This document shows positions 24,538 to 37,877 of a DNA stretch of 64,000 nt, one piece after another. Origin of the DNA: Octopus vulgaris (taxonomy: Eukaryota); the NCBI GenBank assembly GCA_951406725.2, contig OX597818.1, positions 4,650,001-4,714,000 of the forward strand, in the 5' to 3' direction. The notes beneath the pieces are model-generated. The model made no database searches. It worked only from the letters and a program-made list of their open reading frames with translations, and had not been told where the DNA came from. The position numbers and the translations under genes are program-made. Each line of letters starts with the position of its first letter. Positions within the stretch are counted from its first letter, which is position 1.

Positions 24538-27500
24538 ATGCATTGTTTGGATCACGATGGTAACATTTTTGTGTACATGCATCCCCTTTTTGGGGGTATA
24601 AACTCTGTAACAATTGTTTTTCATTTTTGTGGAGACAAGATTTCATTTATTTTTCAAATTTTAAAAGTTTTGGATAACAACAAAATCATAATAATCAACA
24701 GAGAGCAGCATTCTGTTGACACAGTTGTGACACAGAATGCAACTGAAGTTAAAATTGATTTCTTGTTAAAGAGAAATAAAATTTCCTTTTGTTGCTATGA
24801 TAGCAGTAACAAGTGCCAAAGTACTAACAGCAGCAATGACAATGAGAATGAGGATGATAACAACAACAGCAGCAACAACAATAATGGCAACTATATCAAT
24901 AACAATATTAACAACATGAGCAAGATTGAAAACAACAACAGTGACATGAACAACAAGACTGAAAACAACAACAACAAAAAGAACAATGCAGTTATCAATG
25001 GTAACAGTATGGAAAACAATGACAACAACAATAGCAACAACAACAGCAGCAACAGCAATAATAATATAAAGAACCACAATGAAGCTATATCCCTTTTGAG
25101 ACCAGTGAGCCAATGGACTGTCCATTCAGTTCCAGATTTGAAAAATAAAACACTGCGATACAAAAATGACATTACGATACCAGGTGTTATGTACATGGGT
25201 AAAAGGTTGACTTGAATTTGAGTCAAGAACATGCCAGTTAACCATGATCCAGTGAGAGTTTTAGCCATTTTGGAGGAATGTGGGGAGATTGTGGAGATTA
25301 AATTCACCCCATAACTCAATAGGACTGGAATTCTTATGGAATTCCAAATACTAGTTTCTCCTGCAAACAGACGCCCAATAGAAAAAAGAAAAGAAAAAAA
25401 AATGAAGTGTTTTGTATGTGGAAATATAAACCACCTCAAAGCCTTTTGCCCCACAGTGGAGAAAGCATGAAGCTCTCCACTGTTACTACCAACTCCTTAA
25501 GGTGTGGACAAAACTACTACTTCACATATACCACCTCAGGCCTCACAAAAGCAAAGACATCATTGACATCACACCAAAAGGCTTTTGTTGAGGATAAGAG
25601 AAAAACTGAATCTGAAGCAAACAAAAACCATCCCAAATTGAAGGCACTTAGATATGATGGTAGAAAACAAAATTTGTCACTACACAAATTAAAAACAAGT
25701 TGACACTAACATCAATACCTTCATCACAAGAGAACCCATTTTTGCAAACACACTCACAACCACAAAACACATGTAAACTAAAACATCCGGAAAATAAAAT
25801 GACCAAGAGTCACACTTTTGGGTACATACTTCTTTCATCAATGCCATTGGTGTTCAGAAGAGCAGCATTGAATTGATTGAGGAAGTAATTAATAAAAACA
25901 TTGTAACAAGTGGAGAAGGTTTTGCAGAACATCTCCCAAAAACTCCATCGGACAGGATGTTAATCCAAACAGATACGGATACATGTCTGGATTTGAAACA
26001 AAAATTCCTCCAGGATATTGGGTGGTTTAGTGAGTACCTAAAAAAAAAACTTTCTAGAAAAAATCCTTCCCCACTTGACAAAAGTCAACTGTGTCAACAG
26101 TCATCCCTGAAGACCAAGGTACATAACTCCAATTACTTTTCTCTAAGTTAAATGGTTACACTTAGAGTAGGCTGTGTAAATGTTCAGGGCCTGGGTTTGG
26201 CTTGGAAGCAGGGTCACCTGCTCAACAATCTCAGGCCTCTTAATTTAGATGTGACAGCAATTAGTGAGACAAGAATTTCTGGGAAACTTGCTCTTGCATC
26301 CATTTTTGAAGACTGTGTGGTATCCTCATCATGTGGTCTGTTGGGAGTGGGCAGCGGTGTAGCAGTGTTATTCCGAAAATCCTTAGGTCACAAAGTAAGG
26401 GCAGTCTTCTTCGATCTGGATAGTAGGTCGATGGTCCTAGATGTGAAAGGCAGTGAAGGTGGTACCTTTATATTGGAAGTCATGTATGCCCTGACAAGCC
26501 AGATTTCTTCAAGTGTCTAGAAACATTCCTGGGAAAGTCACACACTTTAGTACTAGTGGTGGACTGGAATAGTATTTTAGATGTGCAGAAGAACTGTGTG
26601 GGTCTTGTACATAGAAGAAGTGGGTGTAAAAGCCTTGAAAACCTGCCCAGAAACTTCCAGCTGTCTGATAGGTATTGACTGGATTCCCTGATGTGCCAGC
26701 GAGGACATGGAGCAACTACAATGGGTCATCCAGATAGAATCTAGAAAAGTATTTGCTAGGTCAGTGGATAGGGACAGCATAGGGTGTCCTCAATTCAAAT
26801 TGGCCAACTATATAGACTACAAATTTGTGATCTGCACAGTCGATTTAGATAGGACTCATAGACAGGAATCTGGTTACTGGAAATTGAATGCATTCTTTCT
26901 GGCATGCAAAGACTACAGAGACTGGATTAGTGGACTGGTTAAGTGGCAGTTGAAGGGGCAATCATCAACAATTGGTGATGGATAGCCCCAAAGAGGGCGA
27001 TTAGAGCAGAATCAACAGTATTTAGCTAAGAGTTAGAAATAAAAAGAAATAGATTAGAGGGAGAACTAGTTAGCAAACTAGAAAAGCCAAGTAGTAAAGG
27101 CATTGCGACTGATGTATTAGTGGCAAGAATGGCTCTTGACCATTACTTTGAGGTGAAACATGAAGGATGCATTGTCAGAGTTAAGGCCCATGTGTTAAAT
27201 TATGAGGGAACTAAAACCATCTGATGGGCCTGAATGGTGGAGATGCAACATGGAAACAAAACTACGATTGGGTCTTTGATAGATTGGTACATAGTTCTGA
27301 GCAGATATGTGTGGCTTTTCAGAGGCACTTTGTGCAACTGTTTGGGAAGGGTGATGGGTCAACAATGGCAGCAGTCTTTAGTTCATACTTGGATGGCCTG
27401 CCGCTGCTCTTGGCCTGCTGCAAGGTTCTGCAAAAAACCAATAATAGCCACTGAAATACAATAGGTGATGAGTGTTTGTATACGTTGCAAATTGCCAAGT

Positions 27501-29718
27501 TTAGATGGTTTGCCCCATGAATTTGTTTGGTGACCTCTTGGCAGACATCTACTGCAACTGGCAGCAGAATGGGAGAATTCTTAGAGCTGTTAGTTGGTAT
27601 GTGGTAACACTGTTGAAGAAGGATGCTGACAGTGGAGATGCACAAGGGAATTTTTGACCAATAACTCTGCTAAACACAGTATTTTAGATTTTGGCCAAGG
27701 TTTTAGCGAAAAAGATGGTGCTTGTCATTGGTAGTTTAGTAGGGGAAGCACAAATGTGTGCAATCCCCAACAGGTCTATCCACAACAACCTCCACCTTAT
27801 GCGCTACATCACAGAGAGGGCTGGGACTAAAGCTAGCTTCGGTGGAGCTCTGATAAATTTGGATCAATCAAAATTATTTGGTAGAGTTGACCATTGCTAC
27901 TTGGAAGTCATTCTTAAAGCGGCCAATTTCAGACCTGTTTGCAGAGGCTGGATTACTGCAATGTACAGCAGCACCTGCTTGATGGTCAAAGTAAACGGCC
28001 ATCTATTGGAACTGTTTAGCATTGCAGGCTTGGTCCGTCAGGGTTGCCAATTGTCACCTCTTCTGTATGTGCTGGCTCTCAACCCACTGCTATGGTAGTT
28101 GGAACAATTGAAAGGCATCCCTTTTGAATTGCAACATGGGAGAACATGTCGGCATACATGGATGATGTCACTATCATGGTGTTGGACAACTCCAAAGTGC
28201 AGACAGTCAACTCCATTCTAGAGGAATATGAGTCAGTTGCAGGGGCCAAAATCAATGCCAAGAAGTTGGTGGGCTTACCTGGAGAGGCAGGTCAATGCTG
28301 TCAGATGGCGTTGTTTGGTTTGGTCCCAAACTCCATGCTTGGGGTCTGGTTCAGTCCTAACTTCCAGGGATAAGAACTGGGATGAAGTGACGAAAGAATG
28401 GCCAGTCATACCCAGAAATGGACTGAGAGGAAGCTGTCCTTGAAAAGTTGGGCAGTGGTGGTGAATACCTACATTGCCTCCATTATCATTTATTATCTGA
28501 TAGTTGTGCCTTGCCCCAGTTAATGCTTGATCAAGGTGGAGCGTCTCTTGTTCATTTTCTAGTGGAAGGGACATGTTCCAGTGGTCAGGCAGTCAGTCTG
28601 CTGCCAGCTCCCTCTAAGTGGAAGATTAGGTATGCCAAGGCTTTTGATGTGCAGATACACACTCTTTAGAAGCTGAACATGTGTGGGCTCTGTTTGTGCA
28701 GTATGTTTTTCTGTAACTCATCTCCTTGACAGAGCTGCAGTCCTGGGTGAAAGATAGACCAAGACTAGGCGCCTGGTACCTAGAATGTCAGGCGCTCACT
28801 GTCCTCTATCAGTTGGGTGATAGGATTAGTGGATGTTCCACTTTAGCTATATATAGAGGATTAGTGGTGAGGAAGTGCAATGACATCTTAGGGGAGATTC
28901 TGGGCATTGACAAAGATAAACTGGCTAGTCTGTTCTGGAGGACTTTTCAGTTGGGGACTATTATGGATAATTTCCAGATGCCTTTGGCTTGGCAGTGCCA
29001 CCAATTCGAGATAAACTCTACAGGCATGGATGTACTGTCAGACAGGCTTGTCTGAAGTGTCTGCAGACTGATGAAACCATTCTTCACACACTCGTTCAGT
29101 GTCTGGGCATTGTTGTCTTGTGAAGTTATGTCGAACACCTGCTGTCATGTGTAAGATGGGTCTGTCTGTCATCCGAGTCCATAGTGATGATTGCCCCACC
29201 ACCTTCTTTTAATTGGGCAGGCAAAGCAGTTTTTGTATGCCTGGTGGCTGTGGCAAAATACATTGTCTGGTAGATGAGGCTGAAAGGGATGAGGACAGAA
29301 ACATACCACTTTGGTAAAACCCTCATTGACTTTTCCAAGTTTCACTTAAAAAGGGAGGTGGGTGAAAGTTGTGAAAATGGCAAGAGTGGATGGTACTGCT
29401 CTAAATATAAACCTGTGAATCGGAAGAAAGGAGTTGAGGAGGGCACTTGTCTTTGGTATTCAAGGTGATCTTGGATGATGGGGTTCCTCAATTATCCCTA
29501 GAAGTTCTCCTGTATCAGGGTACTATCACTATCCCCATTTTTCTTTGTGCCATACACTATGTACACTTCCCTTCATTTAATGTATACTGTATATATATAT
29601 ATTTTTCTATCATTCCATTATATGTAAACTCGCACACTGTCTGTCTGTCTTTGTATTGTCCTCCTCATCCTTCACCCTGGTGACAAATAAAAGAAATCAT
29701 CATTGTTATTATTATTAT
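24538..29718 (+). mobile_element. Decayed near full-length Tx1/L1-clade LINE
   Basis: APE at 26152 (LRVGCVNVQGL, AISETR), GYWKLNA, RT motifs (NLDQSKLFGRVDH, VRQGCQLSPLLY, SAYMDDVTI), C-terminal Cys/His relic near 29050-29100, 3' AATAAA plus (ATT)n. The ORF1 assignment for 24538-26150 is weaker. Confidence 0.85.
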
Positions 29719-29720
29719 TA

Positions 29721-29935
29721 GGGTGGTGTGCTGGCAGAATTGCTAGCATGCTGGGCAAAATGCTTAATGGTGTTTTGTCCATCTTTACATTCAGAGTTCA
29801 AATCCCACCAATGTCAGCTTTGCCTTTCATCCTTTTGGGGTCAATAAATTAAGTACCAGTTGATTACTGTGGCTGATGTAATCGATTAGTTCCCTCCCCC
29901 ATAATTTCAGGCCTTGTACTTTTAGTAGAAAGGAT
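29721..29935 (+). mobile_element. SINE family C copy
   Basis: A-box-like TGGCAGAATTG, B box GAGTTCAAATCCC, (TTA)n tail. Confidence 0.75.
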
Positions 29936-29960
29936 TATTATTATTATTATTATCATTATA

Positions 29961-30368
29961 GGTGCAGGAGTGGCTGTGTGGTAAGTAGCTTGCTAACCAA
30001 CCACATGGTTCCGGGTTCAGTCCCACTGCGTGGCATCTTGGGCAAGTGTCTTCTGCTATAGCCTCGGGCCGACCAAAGCCTTGTGAGTGGATTTGGTAGA
30101 CGGAAACTGAAACTGAAAGAAGCCTGTCGTATATATGTATATATATATATGCATGTATGTGTATGTTTGTGTGTCTGTGTTTGTCCCTCTAGCATTGCTT
30201 GACGACCGATGCTGGTGTGTTTACGTCCCCGTCACTTAGCGGTTCGGCAAAAGAGACCGATAGAATAAGTACTGGGCTTACAAAGAATAATTCCCGGGGT
30301 CAATTTGCTCGACTAAAGGCGGTGCTCCAGCATGGCCGCAGTCAAATGACTGAAACAAGTAAAAGAGA
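29961..30368 (+). mobile_element. tRNA-derived SINE family A, best-preserved copy
   Basis: A box TGGCTGTGTGG, B box GGTTCAGTCCC, CORE-like 'cttgggcaagtgtctt', internal TA/TG microsatellite; at least five other copies in the window. Confidence 0.88.
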
Positions 30369-30399
30369 CAGTAATCATCATTATTACCTTTACCACACT

Positions 30400-30660
30400 A
30401 GACAAAGTGCTTAGTCATCCTTCCTTATGTACTGAGTTAAATTCTGCTGAGGTTGACTTTGCCTTTTCTCCTTTCAGGGTTGATAAAATAAATACCAGTT
30501 GAGTACTGGGTTCGATGTAATCAATTTCCCCCTCCCCTCCAAAGCTACTGGCCTTATGCTAAAATTTGAAACTATTATTATTATTTTTGGCAAGCTGACA
30601 GAATCATTAGCATGATGGGCAAAATGCTTAGCAGTGTTTCACCTCTTGCTACATTCTGAG
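30400..30660 (+). mobile_element. Two adjacent SINE family C pieces
   Basis: Similarity to 29721-29935. Confidence 0.6.
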
Positions 30661-30669
30661 TATGGTGTA

Positions 30670-31595
30670 TGGTGTGGTGGTGTTGTTGGGATGTGGGGGA
30701 GGCGAGAGTGGGGAAAGCAAGGGTGTGGTGTGGGTTAAGCTGAGGGTGGGAGTAGTGATGGAGTATGTGGGAGTGGGTGTAAGGGATGGGGTGGGGTGAG
30801 ATGAGAAGGGCAGAGAGAGCAGGAGATGCAGTAGATAGCATTGGTAGAAGTGCAGGTGAAAGAGTCACCTGCATTTCTACCAATTTTAGGGTCGATGATG
30901 GGTGCCTGTGAGGAGGGTGGTGTTGGAGAGGTAAGAGCAAGTGCAGCAGCGTGGGCAGGAGCAGAGGAACAAGCTGGGTTGGGAGGTTGGGTTAGAGAAG
31001 AAGCTGTGGACCAAGAGGTCTCGTAGGTTGCGGGCTCATTTGAAGGAGGGGAGGGGTCAGTTAGGGAAGATGTGCAAAGTGGAGGGGTTGGACTGGAGTT
31101 GCCAGAAGGATCGGAGAATAGTGTGTTGGAGAGGTAGGGTAGTAGGGTGGTAGGTGAGGGGAAACGGTAGAAAGCGGGACGGGTGGAGAGAGCAGATGCA
31201 TGGTCCACGGAACGTGCTCTGGCAATGGCAGTGTGGATAGTGGTGAGGGGATATCTATGTAGGATGAAGTGTTGAGACTGAGTCTCAAAGCCATGGTCAT
31301 CACTGCAGAGCCTGTGTAGACGGAGGAATTGGGAATAGGGGATAGAAAACTTGGTGTGTTTAGGGTGGGAGGAGGAGAAGTTGAGGTATGTGTGTGAGTC
31401 TGTGTGTTTGTAGTGGATAGAGGTGGTGAGAGTGGAATGATGAATGCTGACCGAAATATCAAGAAAGAAGATAGAGGTATCAGAGACAGAGCAGGAGAAG
31501 TGGAGGGCAGGATGGAAAGATTTGACAGAAGAGAGGAAAGAGTCTAGATGTTTGCGGGAGAGTGAGGTCGCACCGATACAGTCGTCAATATAATG

Positions 31596-31598
<3 letters not shown>
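30670..31598 (-). mobile_element. Penelope-like element fragment (RT core to GIY-YIG start)
   Basis: Minus strand HYIDDCIGATS (31562-31596), then ISVSI and FLSLRLN-like relics, and FTCTSTNAIYCISCSLCP near 30815-30870. Confidence 0.78.
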
Positions 31599-31653
<55 letters not shown>

Positions 31654-32439
31654 AAGGTATAAAGTATCCTGGTGAGTCCTGTTCAAGCACTCAGTTATAA
31701 TCCACATTGTGGGTAACCATATTGAGGGGTAAGGAGCACCTAGGATTACTTGAAGTAGGCAATCCCAATGTATTTCATTTAACTGGTAAATCTGGGATCT
31801 GCTTTAGTGGGTCGTAAGTACTTCACAATATGGAGATAAATACATCTGCATATTTTATTTATTTCTTTAGACAGTTATACAGCATATTTGATTTAAATGC
31901 TTCTGATGCACGTGCTGCTGCAGTATAGATATCCCAGAAACTGCATTTGCACCCAGTTACATCCATCTAGTTACCAATCTATGCAATTACATCTAAGGTT
32001 CAGGAAAATTATTGAATTCTAGAACAAAAAAGACCGCAGTAAAATAGTTATTATTAATAATAATAATAATAATAACAACAACAATAATAATATTTTAAAA
32101 AGATTGGCATAACTCAACACAAAGGTATATACACAATATGAAGAGTGTGATGCGATTGCAATAGGTATTTTATTGGCTTGAAGGATATTTTGACAGCTTA
32201 TCTGTCTTTGTCGAGTTGAAAATGAAAAGTGATACATAAAAATTCAAAATTATAGAAATTCAGAAATTTGAACGAGGAGATCCTGTGTTTCTACTTTGAT
32301 GGAATGACATCATCAGTCTTCAATTATCAATTTTACAACTGGCAAAAAGAAAAAGAAAAAAACATAAAAAAAGGAAAAGAAAAAGAAAAATATTTAATCA
32401 AACAGTTTTGTGTATGTGATGAAATTGCCATCATTTTGT

Positions 32440-32890
32440 TCATGAAGATAATATGGATGCCGCTCGGGCTCGAAAATTGAACCCTTATGTAAACCTCCTC
32501 GAGGAATGTGAAGACACAGGCTGGAAAGCAGAACATTTTCCAATCGAAGTCGGATGTAGAGGGTTCGTTGGACACAGTGTGAGACGACTGTTGTTATCGC
32601 TAGGCCTAACTCATCGTGAGGTCAATACCACCATGACTGATATCCAATCTACAGTGGAGAAGGCTAGCCACTGGATTTGGTTAAAAAGAGACGATGAGCG
32701 ATGGCTAGAAGGATATTGAGCTTAACTTCATAACCAGCTGATCTAGCAAGCGAGGCCTCATATCAGTGAGGGGGGCTGGTGCGCAATGATGCCATCAAGA
32801 GGTAGGCCCCGAAACGGCGCGCATTCTCTCCTGATGACCCCATACACTTGCTGGCTTCCGGTATATGGAGCTTTTGACTGGTAGCACTTG
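32440..32890 (+). mobile_element. 3' end of an RLE-type (HERO-like) non-LTR retrotransposon
   Basis: ORF 32453-32719 ARKLNPY...GWKAEHFPIEVGCRGF...EKASHWIWLKRDDERW matches the RK..KY / P.EVG.RG restriction-like endonuclease C-terminus; GC-rich 3' UTR follows. Confidence 0.8.
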
Positions 32891-32899
32891 CATGTGCAA

Positions 32900-33960
32900 G
32901 TTGTTTGCAAGACATCCTCCAGGGCGTGATGTTAAGAACTCAAACATATTTCTTCTCCAGCATTTTGAGAACTGAAAGTGTAGTAGATTCAGAATATTTT
33001 CTGAGAATATGCACTTTCAAGTCTTTTTCAAAACTAAAGCCATTTGATGTAAAATGTTCAGCAAGTTCTGTTGAACTACTGTTATTGTGCCTGACGTCAT
33101 ACCTGTGCCCGTTGAATCTTTTGTTTAATTCTTCTGTCATACAACCAACATGAATCAAGTTGTGTTTGGTGCATTCTGCCGCATACACCAAATGAGAATC
33201 TCTACATGTCCCACCTTCCATATAAATCATAACATTTTTGTTATGATTCCTGATGGAATTCACGTGACACATGTTGTTGCATAATGAAAAGGGCTTACCT
33301 CTCTTACAGCTGATTTTCAAGATACAGTACGCGAGAAACTCCAATGTTAGTTTTCTTGGAGTAAGAAGTAGAGGTTAGTAGTTCTCTTATATTTTTTATT
33401 TCATCTAAAGTCTACAATAGGTGGCTGAGGGAATATTTGTTTGAAACAATGATATTTTTCTGCAACATGCTGATAACTTTCATGTAACACCTTTGAAATG
33501 TCAGTGAAATTTCGGTGCCAGTTAATCACTAAAGGAATTCTATCACATATTTTACTTTGTTTTCTAAAATTATGTGTGATAGTTTGACTTTCCTTGCTAA
33601 TCTTGGCTATGTCATTTGCAATTTCCTTTAATCGTAATTCACTGTAACTGAGTCTGACAAAATGATATACAAAAGGATTTGCATGTTTCCAGTAATCATC
33701 TATATCAGTATAAATCTATTTTATCCTGAAATATTGGGATTTCAGATTTAACTGAATTATATGATGTAGATGATTGGAGTGGAGGTGGAATTAAATGTGG
33801 GATGACATGGGCTTGCAAAATAACTCTGTCACAATTCAATCTTCAAAAAAATTAACCTTTCTGTCCAAAAATTCAATGCTAGTTTTTAAAAAACTAGACA
33901 TAAATTTTATATTGGACTTAAAACCATAATTTTTAGTATAACAGTCTCAGAAATGCAAGA
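32900..33960 (-). mobile_element. Penelope-like element fragment (RT thumb + GIY-YIG)
   Basis: ORF 32940-33344: TCRDSHLVYAAECTKHNLIHVG...LNKRFNGHRYD...LAEHF. Upstream relics of the FLD and IPLVI motifs. Confidence 0.8.
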
Positions 33961-34204
33961 AGTCAATTAAACTATCCTGTGATCCTTCCTTCAGAAAAAA
34001 ATAAACTGACTCCTTAAGAGAATCAACTGAGTGAAAGGTTGATGACCATTAAGCAAAAATTAATGACCAAATCCCTACAAGGAAGTCAACCAAGCAGAAC
34101 GTCAATCTTGACCAGAATAAAGACAGGTGTTTTATGTAAATAAAGTGATGTCATGAAACCAACTACCAATCAAAACTTGTTCCTATGTACTAACCAGCTA
34201 GTCA

Positions 34205-34290
34205 AACAACTAACCAACCAACCAACCAACCAGCCAACCAACTAAGAAACCAACCAACCAGCCAACCAACCAACCAACCAACCAACCAAA
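34205..34290. repeat. (CAAC)n microsatellite
   Basis: Imperfect CAAC tandem array. Confidence 0.9.
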
Positions 34291-35194
34291 ACACTAATGC
34301 CAAAACAAAATCAATTTTTTGACTGAAAACATCCACCATAAAGAATAAGACATCAAAATTATAATGAATCAAAAATTAGGTCCTTTTGTATAAAAACATA
34401 TACATATATATACACAAGATATTCTCTGATTAACAAAAAACTATATTAAAAGCAAAGAATGTAGTACGTGATGGAGAAAAGAACTATATGCACGATGACA
34501 AAAACTGTAAAAAAACTTTTTTTTTTACTCTCTTCCTCTTTTCTTTTTTCTCTCTTGTCCACATATTCTATAAAAACTCAATATGACTGAACATTTGTTA
34601 TATACTTTGTCGAACATTTATTTTGATATTATCTATCCCTGTGAAACCCATTGAATTTTATGTGAACATTTGTTCGTTTAAACATATTTGTTTGATTTCT
34701 ACTTTGTAATTTTAAACTCTAAAAACTGTTGAAATTAGTTTGGTATCTATGTAAATAAATCTATTTAAAAACAACTACACATTTTTCAAATTCAGGTGCA
34801 TTATCAAATCCCCAAAACAAATTCTCTGAAATATATACATATATATATATATATACTAGGAAGTTAATATATTTTTTGTAGAATAACTGAGATCATATTA
34901 CTTCATAGTATCCGAGAGACCGTAACTTTTATGATTATGTAGGGACACACAGCTGGCAGTACAGCAAATAATGTTTTTTATTTGTTTAGAAATTTTTTAT
35001 AAAATGATAGGGAAATCTCTGGCTTAAGTAATCAGCCAAACAAAAGCTATTGGTGGTAGTGTTGGTGTATATGTGTGTGCGGTGTGTGGGAAATGTAGGT
35101 GGACAGTGGGAGGTAAAAAATAAATGAAAATATTAAAAAACATTTTTTTATTATGAATAACAGGATTTTTTTAATGATTTTCTCTTGGACCTAC

Positions 35195-35339
35195 CTGATG
35201 GATTAGAGTGGTTATCTCTATTCTGGAATGTAGTTCCAATACTATATTCTGGGAGATTGTTCTTACTTAAGTGAGATTTATCATCCAAGCTTTCAAAGAA
35301 ACCAATGTTATCATGTCTGGCAACTTTGACTGATGTCAT
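35195..35339 (-). CDS. Probable first coding exon of the BEN-domain gene (whole exon 35195-35425)
   Basis: Acceptor ttcttttattttcag before 35425, ATG at 35339 (accatcATG), MTSVKVARHDNIGFFESLDD...NPS, donor CAG|GTAGGT in phase 1, which matches the exon at 21328. Confidence 0.65.
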
Positions 35340-35481
35340 GATGGTGGTAAGCAAAAGTAGAGATGAAGGTTTGCTTAAGGAAATCTCTGCTATTCAGAAG
35401 TATGTTTTATTTGAGTAATCAAAATCTGAAAATAAAAGAAGACCATATATAATATGTAGACACATCACACGAACACACACA

Positions 35482-36385
35482 TGCAAAGCAATTAAGGGTA
35501 CGAAGACAGGGAAAGCCCCCAGCCCATCAGGAAACACTGCAGAGATACTCAAAGTATCTGGCAGTGTTGGTTATAGCCTAGTCACCTGTATAGTAAACCA
35601 GGTGATACATGAAGGAGTCACACCCAATGACTGGTGTAGCAGCACCATAGTCAACTGCAACAAAGGTAAAGGTGATGTATTAGATACAAATAATTACAGA
35701 GGTATCAAGCTGTTGGATCAAGTAATGAAAGTCATAGAGAGGGTTGTAGCCCAACTAATTACGGAGAGGGTCAGTCAAGACATGATGCAGTTTGGGTTTG
35801 TGCCAGGGAAAAGTACCACTGATGCTATATTTCTGGTAAGACAGCTGCAGGAGAAATACCTAGCCAAAGATAAACCCCTGTACCTGGCTTTTGTTGACAT
35901 GGAGAAAACTTTTGACAGGGTCCCCCGATCCCTTATCTGGTGGTCAATGAGGAAACTAGGGATAGATGAATGGTTAATGAGAGCTGTGCAAGCCATGTAC
36001 AGGGATGATGTCAGTAAGGTGAGGGTTGGCAACAAATAGAAAAAAGAATTCCAGGTAGAGGTAGAGGTCCACCAAAATACAGTCACCAGCCTCCTCCTAT
36101 TTATCATAGTCCTCCATGCAATAACAGAGGAATTCAAGACAGGGTGCCCCTGGGAGCTCCTAAATGCTGATGACCTTGCTCTTATTGCTGAGTCACTATC
36201 AGAACTAGAGGAGAAGTTTCAAGTGTTGAAACAAGGATTAGAATCGAAGGGACTTAGAGTCAATCAAGCTAAAACTAAAGTCCTAATAAGTAGGAAGGCA
36301 GGCAAATCACAAATCCCTTCAGGTAGTTGGCCCGGCTCGATCTGCAGAAAAGACATAGGTAGAAACTCTATAAGATGTACCCAGT
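35482..36385 (+). mobile_element. Internal RTE RT fragment
   Basis: ORF 35602-36039 (NYRGIKLL, QFGFVPGKSTTDAIF, FVDMEKTFDRV), closely similar to 4430-5310. Confidence 0.9.
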
Positions 36386-36576
36386 TCTAGTTTTTAACAC
36401 AACAAAGCTTGCACAAAGCTTTACATTTTACTTTTGATAATCTTTTTCTAAAATGTGAAACTGGTCAAGTCAATAAACATCTCTAAAAGACCTTTGCATT
36501 TTCAAACCTTCTTTCATATATATACATACATGTATGCATATATATGTATGCATATATATATATATATATATATATG

Positions 36577-37107
36577 TGTATATGTAAAAAAATACAAACT
36601 GGGACAAGAATGCAAAACATTTAGAAGACGATACAAAAACCATGGACGGGACATTTGAAGCCTTCAATCTTCAGTCAAGAACTGGATCATCCTCGCAATT
36701 TCAGCTGATTAATCTTGAGATTGCTCCGACCTGGCCAGCCCCAAAGGAAAATCTAAGCCAAGCCCATTAGATTCCTTGGAAGAAAGCCTCGAATGTATAC
36801 AAAACAAGGACGGAAAAACGGACGATGTTACATGAATAAGAATACAAAAATACGTAAAAACAATAATGATAATAATAATAACAAAAACAGGACGTCACAG
36901 ACAGGCGTCTTTTCGACAGGACAAGTAAACTTTGAGTTGGCGTGTTAGAAAAATGCCTTGGGGCAGAGAGAGAAAAAAATGTGTCTTGCTGCGACGACTG
37001 CTAACCACAAAAAGGCTGGCAATCGATCAGTTAGTCACGTGTGAGAAGAGAGAGGAAATGAGGGACAGATGAAGAGCGAAAAAAGGGGAAAAAGGAACAA
37101 AGGAGGA

Positions 37108-37154
<47 letters not shown>

Positions 37155-37833
37155 GAGACAGATCAAAGTGGAGTGCAAAGTGTGAAAGGCAGAGAAATGT
37201 AGGAGAGGGGGGAAAGAGACAGTGTTATAGAGTCGTACCAAGTTTAAAGAAATATGTACTTTCATATAAGACCAAAAGGGTACGGGTGCCGCTATATATA
37301 TATGTATATGTAAAAAAATACAAACTGGGACAAGAACGCAAAACGTTTAGAAGATGATACAAAAACCACGGACGGGACATTCGAAGCCTTCAATCTTAAG
37401 TCAAGAACCGGATCATCCTCGCAATTTTGGCTGATTAATCTTGAGATTGCTCCGACCTGGCCAGCCCCAAAGGAAAATCTAAGCCAAGCCCATTAGATTC
37501 CTTGGAAGAAAGCCTCGAATGTATACAAAACAAGGACGGAAAAACGGACGATGTTACATGAATAAGAATACAAAAATACGTAAAAACAATAATGATAATA
37601 ATAATAACAAAAACAGGACGTCACAGACAGGCGTCTTTTCGACAGGACAAGTAAACTTTGAGTTGGCGTGTTAGAAAAATGCCTTGGGGCAGAGAGAGAA
37701 AAAAATGTGTCTTGCTGCGACGACTGCTAACCACAAAAAGGCTGGCAATCGATCAGTTAGTCACGTGTGAGAAGAGAGAGGAAATGAGGGACAGATGAAG
37801 AGCGAAAAAAGGGGAAAAAGGAACAAAGGAGGA

Positions 37834-37877
<44 letters not shown>

